DNA from: a virus
Taxonomy: Duplodnaviria; Caudoviricetes
Virus record (IMG/VR): IMGVR_UViG_3300037470_000196
Location: 1-47,559 of that record
Strand: one strand, 5' to 3'
Length of the DNA stretch: 47,559 nt
The position numbers and the translations under genes are program-made. The notes under the pieces are model-generated. The model was given only the letters and a program-made list of their open reading frames with translations, was not told where the DNA came from and made no database searches. Below, piece after piece: positions 1-7,767 of the stretch (its first letter is position 1; each line of letters starts with the position of its first letter).

Positions 1-855
1 GATGCGCACACCCGTCATGTGCTTTATCTGGTCAAGCGCGTTGGATTCCTCTTGCCGCGCCCAGGCTTCAACCTTGTCCAGTTGATCGAAGTCTATCAGT
101 ACGCCGCGCTGCCGCATCTTTAGTAGGACGGGCAGCAGATCCGATTCAAGGTCCCAGCATTGACGAATACCTAGTCCATCAATGATCTTGTCCTGCACCT
201 GAAGGATCAGTAGCGGCAGGTAGGAGTCTTCTTCGCCGTAGGGCCCAACGTACTTTGACGGTAACTTCGGAATGATGCCCTTCCACGACTTGGGCTTCTT
301 CATGTCTGCGCCGAACACCTGCGCGGCTTCACGCAGCAAGGCTTCGTCCTTGCCTATTCCCTCGCCCAGTCTACGGCGGGACACAGTTTCCAGTGAATAC
401 CCGTCCTCATGCAGTTCGTAGATCAGTGGGTCTGCGACCAGGACATCCCGAAAGGCCTTGACCTTGGGGAATATGATCTCCCCCGTAGGCTCGTACTTGG
501 CGGTGTCCAACTCAGTAGGCAGGTTGGCTCCGACGATCTCTCCTTCGTAGTCCCGAGCCTGATCGCGGTAGTACCGCATGGCCTGTTCGCAGTCTACGTT
601 TCCCTCAGGGTGACGAACAGGGACATAGAATTTCTGTCCGCTCTCAAATGCGAACGAAAATCCTGCCATCTTGACGCCACGACGGGCACCCAGCCCCAGC
701 GTTTTTAGGGTGGGGTCATCGAACTCACAATCCAGGCCTACACGTTTCTCGCCTTTCCAGGCGGGGAGTTCTGAAAGGACAGGCGGCTTCCATTCGGAAA
801 CTGGTTGAAATAGCGGAATTGTGAACGGGCAAGTGCCAGGTTTGGTTCGCTTCAT
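1..855 (-). CDS. Family A DNA polymerase, N-terminal 3'-5' exonuclease part (truncated by window edge; not in ORF track)
   Basis: Manual translation from ATG at 855: MKRTKPGTCPF...VGLDCEFDDP...GFSFAF...FYVPVRH...IVGANL...YSLETV...VGPYGEEDS...ESDLLPVLLKMRQRGVLID. ExoI DxE, ExoIII YxxxD and ExxLxxVLxxMxxxGVxID patterns of PolA; frame open to position 1. Confidence 0.92.
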   Translation of the reverse strand, partial: MKRTKPGTCPFTIPLFQPVSEWKPPVLSELPAWKGEKRVGLDCEFDDPTLKTLGLGARRGVKMAGFSFAFESGQKFYVPVRHPEGNVDCEQAMRYYRDQARDYEGEIVGANLPTELDTAKYEPTGEIIFPKVKAFRDVLVADPLIYELHEDGYSLETVSRRRLGEGIGKDEALLREAAQVFGADMKKPKSWKGIIPKLPSKYVGPYGEEDSYLPLLILQVQDKIIDGLGIRQCWDLESDLLPVLLKMRQRGVLIDFDQLDKVEAWARQEESNALDQIKHMTGVRI

Positions 856-857
856 GG

Positions 858-888
858 GTACGATTTGCCCCTCGTACGGGGAGTGTGA
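858..888 (-). promoter_or_regulatory. Element C, copy 1 (TCACACTCCCCGTACGAGGGGCAAATCGTAC), ending 2 nt before the polymerase ATG
   Basis: Near-identical copies at 25441, 37545 and a diverged copy at 47398. Confidence 0.85.
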
Positions 889-909
889 TTTTGATTCATA
901 TCGTATGCC

Positions 910-944
910 GTCGCAAACTTCATGCCCCTCGGAGGCTTATGGTA
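910..944 (-). repeat. Degenerate element P (only the 3' half TGAAGTTTGCGAC is conserved)
   Basis: 13-nt identity with the 3' end of the P copy at 16204; the 5' half does not match. Confidence 0.45.
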
Positions 945-957
945 ATGGGGCACCCGG

Positions 958-1269
958 CTAAACTGACGCTCTGTCATCTCTATCTAGCGCGATAACCAGT
1001 TCTCTAAGCAGTTCTCCGAATCCGGCTAACTGCTCATCAAGTCTATCCCTGTCATTTTGTGCAGAAAGTGTTCTAGCTAAGTCGCACAGTGCATGAATTT
1101 CATTGGGTTTTAGCGTAGCCAGGTTATCTACTTCCATGAACGCGAGTGCCGCACGGAAGTAGTCCGGTCGCTCTGGCTGATTAAAAAGTGTTCCCATTAG
1201 TCTTAACCTGTCTTTCTTAGCGTTTGTTTTGGTCGATAGTTTTCTCGGCACTGTTTGGCGATTGGTCAT
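958..1269 (-). CDS. Hypothetical protein
   Basis: 103-aa ORF in operon orientation, tightly packed with its neighbours. Confidence 0.7.
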   Translation of the reverse strand: MTNRQTVPRKLSTKTNAKKDRLRLMGTLFNQPERPDYFRAALAFMEVDNLATLKPNEIHALCDLARTLSAQNDRDRLDEQLAGFGELLRELVIALDRDDRASV

Positions 1270-1281
1270 ATTGACTGGACA

Positions 1282-1731
1282 TCATCCGTGTACCCCGTGG
1301 TGTGCGCTTTGCACCGTTGGCCAATACTCTGGCCAATTCATCAATGCACTTGTCATCTGTTCCTTCATTCTAAGCCATGCCTCGAGTGGCACCCCGTGGG
1401 TTTGCCGATCGAATGACTCATAATGTTGGCACAGCATGACCTCTACCGTATCATCCTGCGACTGGGCTAGCGTCATGTAGGGGGCAATCTCATGAAGTGT
1501 AGTATTGGTGTTGTCAACCACTATATCGTGATCGTCCAGAATTAAATTCAGGTAGTTGTTAAAGCACTCATTGTGGTGCTTGCTATTCAGCTCCGGTGAG
1601 AACTTGTAGTTACCGTATTCGTCTGTCCTGTAGTCGTCAGCTGAGCAGTGTATGTGGCGTGGCCTATTCTTTTTAGCCCACGTGGTTTTGCCTGAGCCTG
1701 GTAGGCCCATCATGATGGTTATTTTGCTCAT
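1282..1731 (-). CDS. P-loop kinase (AAA_33 / polynucleotide kinase-like)
   Basis: MSKITIMMGLPGSGKTTW Walker A, SADDY, VVDNTN, RQTHGVP. ATG at 1731 overlaps the upstream TGA (ATGA), so preferred over 1794. Confidence 0.85.
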   Translation of the reverse strand: MSKITIMMGLPGSGKTTWAKKNRPRHIHCSADDYRTDEYGNYKFSPELNSKHHNECFNNYLNLILDDHDIVVDNTNTTLHEIAPYMTLAQSQDDTVEVMLCQHYESFDRQTHGVPLEAWLRMKEQMTSALMNWPEYWPTVQSAHHGVHG

Positions 1732-2066
1732 GGGTTTTCTTGTCTCCCAAACTGCAACGATCTCAGAACAAGCTCGGGCATTGTGATCGGCCACGGCTCA
1801 GTGTTGTCTACTCGGACGGGTATGCCTAATAGTACGGCCTCCCACTTATTTTTAAGATATTTACTGAGAGATACGTTCCTGTGATCGATGAGATTAAATA
1901 CAACGCTGAGACCTGAATATGGCCTTGCGTGCATATGCCAACGTTGTGGGTAGCCCCAGCGCTGCATGGCTGATATTATCGCTTCCGCCGGGCTGCCTCT
2001 CACGATTAGGCCGTAGTCGTCTCTGAGGTTTATCATGTGTTCTCCGGGTCGTAAGCGGCCAATCAT
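1728..2066 (-). CDS. Hypothetical protein
   Basis: 112-aa ORF with 4-nt overlaps at both ends. Confidence 0.65.
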   Translation of the reverse strand: MIGRLRPGEHMINLRDDYGLIVRGSPAEAIISAMQRWGYPQRWHMHARPYSGLSVVFNLIDHRNVSLSKYLKNKWEAVLLGIPVRVDNTEPWPITMPELVLRSLQFGRQENP

Positions 2067-2263
2067 TTCTCACATCCTTGCTGCAATGCTTTTCTGGTGG
2101 CTTCGTTCTTCAATGCCATTAGCCCACACCTGGAACAGTAGTTCCAATTCAGCACACGACAAGTCATTGAGTGAGGGGCTTTGTTGATCTTACGGCGCAA
2201 CCAACGCTGATATTCGGCGCGGTCTTCTGCGGTTTCGGATCTCCAGTCTCCCTGTTTACTCAC
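2063..2263 (-). CDS. Small hypothetical protein with CxxC
   Basis: 66 aa, YCSRCGL, overlapping start/stop codons with neighbours. Confidence 0.65.
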   Translation of the reverse strand: MSKQGDWRSETAEDRAEYQRWLRRKINKAPHSMTCRVLNWNYCSRCGLMALKNEATRKALQQGCEK

Positions 2264-2589
2264 GCCTCGTCCTCATCTAGCATTTCCAGGGCCCTGTTCA
2301 GGGAGTTCCGGGCCTCAGTTAGGTCCTGACGATAGTTCTTGCCGCCCCGTTTGCCTAGGCATAGGAGCTTTTTGACTGCGTGGTCTACTGGTCCTGCTGG
2401 TACATCAAACAACGTGATGACCCTATACACATCCACGTGTGTGGTGTGCCTGGGCAGCCGTTTAAAGTAGTGAGGATAGGTGCGGGCGTTTTCGGGTTTC
2501 GTTTCGCTTTTCAGCGTCTGATGTTCCTGCCATTTTTCATATGCTCGGTTCATTTCGTCTAGTGCAGTCAGGTTCTTGTCATCCATCAT
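2260..2589 (-). CDS. Conserved phage protein (DUF3310-like)
   Basis: PHYFK...VDVYRV...HAVKKLL...GKRGGK...QDLTEA...L pattern. Confidence 0.65.
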   Translation of the reverse strand: MMDDKNLTALDEMNRAYEKWQEHQTLKSETKPENARTYPHYFKRLPRHTTHVDVYRVITLFDVPAGPVDHAVKKLLCLGKRGGKNYRQDLTEARNSLNRALEMLDEDEA

Positions 2590-3113
2590 GCGCTCAGCCC
2601 GTGTTCGGCGACGACCTGATATGGCCGGCCCCCGCCCACTGTGCGGTAGAGTTTGATGCTACTGACACGCACACTGCCGAAATCATGATCCTTGAGGCGC
2701 TTGGCCATGCCCGAAAACGCAGGGGCGAAATCCCCGGACTGCTCTAGCTTGCCCAGTGTCAGGTGTGGATTGTAGGTGCCTTTTCCGCCCAGCGCTTGGT
2801 TGAGTTTTACCAAGTGGTGCTTACCTTCGGCCACCGTAGCATAAAGGACTCGTGGTCCTTTATTATTTACGAAATACCCCGTACCATTGAACGTGATATG
2901 GAAGGGCGATAGCCCACGACACGCTCTTTCCAAGGTGTTGTAGGCGAATGTTTCGGGGACTGCGCCCAGGAACAGTAGCGTAAGGTGCAACTTGTCCGGG
3001 CTAGTCCACGTTGCCCTTGGTACGACGGACCTCAGGTCGTCAACAGTCCTCAAAACTTCATTGCGCGTGGACTCGTGGTTGATTTCAAGGCCGTAAAAGA
3101 GATTTCCTGACAT
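2586..3113 (-). CDS. thpR: 2H phosphoesterase (ThpR/LigT-like RNA 2',3'-cyclic phosphodiesterase)
   Basis: Two HxT motifs: KLHLTLLFLG and YNPHLTLGK, plus GYF..PRVLYA and a C-terminal LYR....G.PY. Confidence 0.9.
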   Translation of the reverse strand: MSGNLFYGLEINHESTRNEVLRTVDDLRSVVPRATWTSPDKLHLTLLFLGAVPETFAYNTLERACRGLSPFHITFNGTGYFVNNKGPRVLYATVAEGKHHLVKLNQALGGKGTYNPHLTLGKLEQSGDFAPAFSGMAKRLKDHDFGSVRVSSIKLYRTVGGGRPYQVVAEHGLSA

Positions 3114-3233
3114 TACTCGGGTCCCCAGGTTTCACAACGGAAGTACAGGTCCACGTCCTTCGGTTGACCTTTCTTCCAGTTTCGTTGTCGTTGTGATTCT
3201 ACGGCTATCTGACACTGTAACAGGTAAATTATG

Positions 3234-3716
3234 CTATTCATGGTCGTACTCGTCGACCTGAAATCCCTCGGCAGTAGCCACGATTTTCACGTGATCGCCG
3301 AACACTGTCTCCAGCATATCATCAAGCCCGATACACCCTTTACGCAATTCGTCGAAATCGGTGATGACTTTCTTTTCTTCATCAGACAACGTCCGTAACG
3401 GATTGTCTCGCCACAAACAGGCTCTGTTGTGCTCGTTGTCTTCCGTCCGTTTTATCTCGATGACATCACACTGGTGGTGGTCATCGTCGTCTGCATTTGC
3501 ATTCAGTTTACAGACCATGTCATCAACCATGAAAGTGCAGGGATTCCCGTCATCAAAGTACGGTGTGTACTGCACCCAGATAACCTTTTTGACGATGGGG
3601 TTTTCAGTGAAGAACGTTTTGAATGCGGCGTGCAGCGCGCTCTTGCCCTCCGTACGAAAGGTTTCCTGAAGATCCTTGATTTTGGCGGCAATTTCTTGAA
3701 GTGTTGTCATGATCAA
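3234..3716 (-). CDS. Conserved acidic hypothetical phage protein
   Basis: 160 aa; WVQYTPYFDDGNPCTF motif, ends VDEYDHE; coupled to the upstream gene. Confidence 0.75.
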   Translation of the reverse strand: MIMTTLQEIAAKIKDLQETFRTEGKSALHAAFKTFFTENPIVKKVIWVQYTPYFDDGNPCTFMVDDMVCKLNANADDDDHHQCDVIEIKRTEDNEHNRACLWRDNPLRTLSDEEKKVITDFDELRKGCIGLDDMLETVFGDHVKIVATAEGFQVDEYDHE

Positions 3717-4081
3717 TCTACCTTTTCTGTGCTGTAGGGTATTATTTTACTGCGAGATTTACGACGGCTGCCTGTCATCCATTCTTCGATCGGCGTATTT
3801 TTTAGCCAGCGCTCCATTGTAGGAATGAATCCCATGTCCTCCATGACGTGATCTTCGCCTAGGTCACGCACGCATATCTGTCGTCCTGAAGAGTTGGTGA
3901 TGTAGGTTCCGAATACGCGCTCCAGTATGAAGATGCCGAAAGCACTGTGCAGGATGGCTCGGTGTCGAATGTCCGGCAGTGCTGCTTTGCTGGAGTCAAA
4001 GAAGTCGTGAATCGCCTGATAGTCTTCAGGCTTCCCTCCCCACTTCTTGGCAGAATTACGAGCGTGTTGGAGGGGCTTCAT
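3713..4081 (-). CDS. DUF6915-like protein
   Basis: HARNSAKKWGG..EDYQAIHDFFDSSK...RHRAILHSAFGI...GEDHVMED motif set. Confidence 0.7.
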   Translation of the reverse strand: MKPLQHARNSAKKWGGKPEDYQAIHDFFDSSKAALPDIRHRAILHSAFGIFILERVFGTYITNSSGRQICVRDLGEDHVMEDMGFIPTMERWLKNTPIEEWMTGSRRKSRSKIIPYSTEKVD

Positions 4082-7000
4082 ATCTTCACCGTAACCTTGG
4101 TGATAGCACGTGTAATGGCGGTGTAAAGATGTTTACGCGAGTCGTTACCGAATTGTCGAGATTCGTCCAGCACTAGGACGTTGTCCCATTGTGATCCCTG
4201 GCTGTTGTAGCCGTCAAAGCCGTTTTGCAAGAAACGTCCTAAACTGGGGACTGTAACACACATGGAAGGGCCCGTCATGTGCTCAATGTTGACAATTTGG
4301 TCGTGATGAAAATCCAGCATCTCTGGACTTGCCAGTTCCCGTGAGGTGTATCCAGTCAAACGAGCGTTCCCGTCTTTTGTTAGAAAGACGTTGACCGGTA
4401 CACGTTTACGCATGTCGCTCATTGCCTGAGCGTTTGCCAGACGATTATTCTTCTCAAGGCTAACGAAACCTACTTTGTCTCTAAATACTTGAACCGACCG
4501 ACCCTGAATATGCACACGGCGGTAGCTGGCATATTGTTTAATGCAGGAAATAATGCCCTGTCGTAGCAGTAGCAGTTGTACTTGGCTGCACATATCGGGG
4601 CCTGCGTGAGATGTGAGTTCGACAGAGTGATCCCTCTTGCTAACGCTGCCGTCTTCAAACAGGCCACGTAAGAATTTAGCCTGAATCCCAACCGGAGACT
4701 GTAGTACAACTCGCGGCACACCTTTGGCTTTAGGTGATAGACCGCCGTGACATCGCAACCAGTCAGATATTTGCGTACTGTTGATTTCACATTTCCATGC
4801 TGGTGATATGTCATGTGGCAGGACAATAGTCTGCAAACCAAAGAGTGAATTAACTAGCTCCGAGAATCTGTCCACAACGCTTCGATATCGTTTTACCAGC
4901 CTAAATCCGCTGTTGTAGATACAGCCATCTGCTACCATTAACCCCAGAAACTCAGCAAAGTCTTCCGTCATTTCGGTTGGCAGTTGGTGTACCTTGGCTC
5001 TTACATCGGTGGGGACTGGCCCTAACATACTCGGCAGATAGTTAGCTTGTACCGAGTTGCCCAGTCGCAGCCGTAGAAACTGGTTTACCTCTAGTTGGCT
5101 TGCGCACACCGGCTGGTACATTTGACCAGTCCACGACATCAGTTTGTGATCCGGGGTGACTGTCACGCAGTAGCCATCGCGGGTTGTTATGCGCAGCATA
5201 GGACCTTCTGGGTAGGTATGTTTTTCAGTGAACTCACGCATTCCTTCCGCAGTTCCGATGTATCCTTTATCCTGAAGGGAATCTATTGTCCGCAGGCCGA
5301 ATTCCGTTTCCACGAAGGTTTCTGGTGCGACGCATTTATGCGTCGTCAGTACATATCCATAAGTGAATGATTCCGCCTCCCTGATATCGAACCCGATGGA
5401 TTTCTCCTCTTTCTGCAATTTGTCAACCCACGTCAGGTCATCCGGGCCCACTGGGTCCTCAGTGTGCCCGTACTGCCTGAAGTATTGAGCGTGTGCCAGG
5501 ACACTAATCGGAAATCCACCTTCCTCAGGCACAACGGTCAGACTGACCTTGCGACGGCTAAACTGGTGACACTTTTTAACGATCCACAGGGAGCCGTTCA
5601 GTAGCCCTTTCTCGTGGTTATTGCGCAGGCAGACCAGTTTCTCGCAGGGTTGTGGAAACTCGCCTGAGAAGCCACGGAGGGCCCGCATTCGGGCATTGTT
5701 GACATGACGGGTCTTGTTACGGCCGCACAGAATGATGTCGGCCTCTATCGCCAGTTCCGGTGTAATTTTATGAACTACTGCACAGTTACCGTATACACCT
5801 TCAGGGATTCGGCGGCCCTCTCGAGCCATCGTCGCCAGTGTCAGGATAGGGGACTCCTGGGCCTGCCTGTGAATCTGGGTCAGCCTGAAATCGGGCTCAC
5901 CTTTCATGAAGTACCCTTCACCAAATACCGGGGGCAGCTGGCCTGGGTCGCCGAGGACTAGGACGCGAGTGCCAAAGGACAGGAGGTCTTTGGCAAGATC
6001 GTCAGATACCATTGAGCAGTTGTGGACTAGGCATCCGTTAACAGAAAAGGAATGATGCCGTGTCGCTTCAATGTCATAGAGATAGAGTTTTCCGTCGGCA
6101 TCCCTGAATTGATCCAATTCAGGATTTCCTTGTTCCAGAAACTGAACACTGTCCACCCGTGTGAAATCAGGAATTTTTTCTTTCGGGCGTCGGCGGCCTG
6201 AATACTTTTGGAATGGTGGCTGCCGCCGTGCACTTCGATGCATATTTTCAGTGTCCGGTGTGCTACGTCCAGCTTGTAGCAATGCGGTAGACCTCCCGTA
6301 GTCACGACAAGTTCCGATTCCCAGTCGGGTCCGAGAGCGTGCAACATCTTCCTCTGTGGTTCGGTCAGACCACGACCGTTCCCGCCCTGAATTTTCGGTT
6401 TGTGCCCACTGGCCTTGTGTGCCTCGCTGATTTTCTTGCACACGTTCGGGTCTGACGTGGGGTTTAGCCTTCGTATGCGGTCTATCTGTGCCAATGCTTC
6501 CGGTGTCCCAGAGGCCAGAAATCGTTTTCGGGCAGCACCTGCTTTTGCATTTCGTTCTGGGGTATATATTTTCTCCTTGAACCCCGGTTGACGCATCCAC
6601 CAGCGCGTTGAGCAACCTGCTTTGCAGAAACGACGGGTCCAACTGGCTGAACTGGGAGTAAATACTGTCCCGCAGCAGTCGCACGCACGAGGTTGTCTGA
6701 GCGAGAAGGCTTCCAGGTCTAAGGTGCTTAGCGAGGACGTTTCCCCTGGAGGTAAAGAAGATATGATCTTCGCTACACGTGACTGTCTCTCCTCCAAAGG
6801 TAATCTGCACCCCCGAACTGGCTTCTTTTCTCGATGTTCCACTAATAGTGTCCGTTCCGTTACTGTTTAGGATTTTGTCACCAACACGCAACTGGCTAAT
6901 GGGTCGCGGCCCGGTTGGTGTGTCTATCATTGTGTTGCCGACGAAACATTCATCAATGACGACAAGGTCTGCTTCCCGTACAGGACTGTCCAGGTTCAGC

Positions 7001-7446
7001 CGGAATACCGGGGACTGTGCGCTGGCGTGTAGTTGGGCGATTTCTTCCCTCAGGCGTACTACTTCCGGATGGACGTCGGCGTAGTAAGCGTCTTCGTCAG
7101 TTCCGCCTTTCATCTCGGCTAGCAATTCGTCCAATTGCTTCTGCTTACCGTCCACCGTGCTTTTGCCGCCTTGCCCGCTGGCCAGGTAAATGAGGCGATG
7201 AATGGTGCTCGCGCCCACGCAGCCGCGCTGCTGCATGACCAGGGCAGCTTTGCCTGTGAATGCAGCGTACAAGACGTTGATGTCTAGGAGTTTGACGATG
7301 TGCGGTACTGTCGATGATTTGCCGGTACCCGCTACTCCCTCGATTCGGAAGACCTGTTTTCCGTTGGGATCGTTGTACCAGCGTATTACCTCATCGCAGC
7401 ACAGGGATTGTTCTTCCGTGAGTTCAATCACAGAAACAGGCTCCAT
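4078..7446 (-). CDS. SF1B RecD/Dda-like DNA helicase interrupted by two inteins (mature about 435 aa)
   Basis: GVAGTGKS Walker A, AFTGKAA, STIHRLIY, VIDE|CSMV, LGDPGQLPPV, HRQA, NNHEKGLLNG, YVLTTHK|SQGSQW, LYTAITRA. Confidence 0.95.
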   Translation of the reverse strand: MEPVSVIELTEEQSLCCDEVIRWYNDPNGKQVFRIEGVAGTGKSSTVPHIVKLLDINVLYAAFTGKAALVMQQRGCVGASTIHRLIYLASGQGGKSTVDGKQKQLDELLAEMKGGTDEDAYYADVHPEVVRLREEIAQLHASAQSPVFRLNLDSPVREADLVVIDECFVGNTMIDTPTGPRPISQLRVGDKILNSNGTDTISGTSRKEASSGVQITFGGETVTCSEDHIFFTSRGNVLAKHLRPGSLLAQTTSCVRLLRDSIYSQFSQLDPSFLQSRLLNALVDASTGVQGENIYPRTKCKSRCCPKTISGLWDTGSIGTDRPHTKAKPHVRPERVQENQRGTQGQWAQTENSGRERSWSDRTTEEDVARSRTRLGIGTCRDYGRSTALLQAGRSTPDTENMHRSARRQPPFQKYSGRRRPKEKIPDFTRVDSVQFLEQGNPELDQFRDADGKLYLYDIEATRHHSFSVNGCLVHNCSMVSDDLAKDLLSFGTRVLVLGDPGQLPPVFGEGYFMKGEPDFRLTQIHRQAQESPILTLATMAREGRRIPEGVYGNCAVVHKITPELAIEADIILCGRNKTRHVNNARMRALRGFSGEFPQPCEKLVCLRNNHEKGLLNGSLWIVKKCHQFSRRKVSLTVVPEEGGFPISVLAHAQYFRQYGHTEDPVGPDDLTWVDKLQKEEKSIGFDIREAESFTYGYVLTTHKCVAPETFVETEFGLRTIDSLQDKGYIGTAEGMREFTEKHTYPEGPMLRITTRDGYCVTVTPDHKLMSWTGQMYQPVCASQLEVNQFLRLRLGNSVQANYLPSMLGPVPTDVRAKVHQLPTEMTEDFAEFLGLMVADGCIYNSGFRLVKRYRSVVDRFSELVNSLFGLQTIVLPHDISPAWKCEINSTQISDWLRCHGGLSPKAKGVPRVVLQSPVGIQAKFLRGLFEDGSVSKRDHSVELTSHAGPDMCSQVQLLLLRQGIISCIKQYASYRRVHIQGRSVQVFRDKVGFVSLEKNNRLANAQAMSDMRKRVPVNVFLTKDGNARLTGYTSRELASPEMLDFHHDQIVNIEHMTGPSMCVTVPSLGRFLQNGFDGYNSQGSQWDNVLVLDESRQFGNDSRKHLYTAITRAITKVTVKI
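4204..5334 (-). mobile_element. Intein 2 of the helicase (377 aa) with in-frame LAGLIDADG endonuclease
   Basis: Starts CVAPET after THK; block B VTPDHK; FLGLMVADG and FLRGLFEDG; ends GYN followed by S of SQG. Confidence 0.92.
6019..6948 (-). mobile_element. Intein 1 of the helicase (310 aa), inserted in Walker B (DE|C)
   Basis: CFVGNTMI start, CSEDHIF block B, LYDIEA...HSFSVNGCLVHN then C+1. Confidence 0.93.
6027..6842 (-). CDS. Zn-finger + Vsr/DUF559-like (PD-(D/E)xK-related) endonuclease nested in the +1 frame of intein 1
   Basis: CDCC...FCKAGC, KKISEAHK (NUMOD3-like), YKLDVA...ICIEVHGGSH...DARKKKFLISHGWTVFSFWNKEI. Start codon uncertain. Confidence 0.85.
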   Translation of the reverse strand: MEHREKKPVRGCRLPLEERQSRVAKIISSLPPGETSSLSTLDLEAFSLRQPRACDCCGTVFTPSSASWTRRFCKAGCSTRWWMRQPGFKEKIYTPERNAKAGAARKRFLASGTPEALAQIDRIRRLNPTSDPNVCKKISEAHKASGHKPKIQGGNGRGLTEPQRKMLHALGPDWESELVVTTGGLPHCYKLDVAHRTLKICIEVHGGSHHSKSIQAADARKKKFLISHGWTVFSFWNKEILNWINSGMPTENSISMTLKRHGIIPFLLTDA

Positions 7447-7754
7447 ACGTATCCTATCAGCAGTGCCAGCGGATAGATAAAAAACGTTTTTGTTGCACTG
7501 GTCACTAGTGGTTTCACCCAGTCTGTTTTATCGGATGATTCTGGCTTACGGGTCAAGACGGCCGAATGCACATTAAGGAGTAGTAGGTTTACCACCAGTG
7601 CAACACCCACCGCTTGTACGTACCCGATGAGTGCAGTCCCGGCGAACACCGGCACGATAAACCAGGCCCATAGATGAGATAGAACAAGGCCCAACATGAG
7701 GGCCTCCAGAATGCCGAGTGCCAAACCTGCGATCATTTTCAGTAGTGTTTTCAT
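7428..7754 (-). CDS. Membrane protein (about 3 TM)
   Basis: Three long hydrophobic stretches; LWAWFIVPVF motif. Confidence 0.8.
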   Translation of the reverse strand: MKTLLKMIAGLALGILEALMLGLVLSHLWAWFIVPVFAGTALIGYVQAVGVALVVNLLLLNVHSAVLTRKPESSDKTDWVKPLVTSATKTFFIYPLALLIGYVWSLFL

Positions 7755-7767
7755 TGTATTCCCTTTT

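Noticed and set aside
4470-4841. Off-frame ORF inside intein 2 as a second nested gene
   Set aside because: No recognisable motifs; the in-frame LAGLIDADG domain already explains the region.
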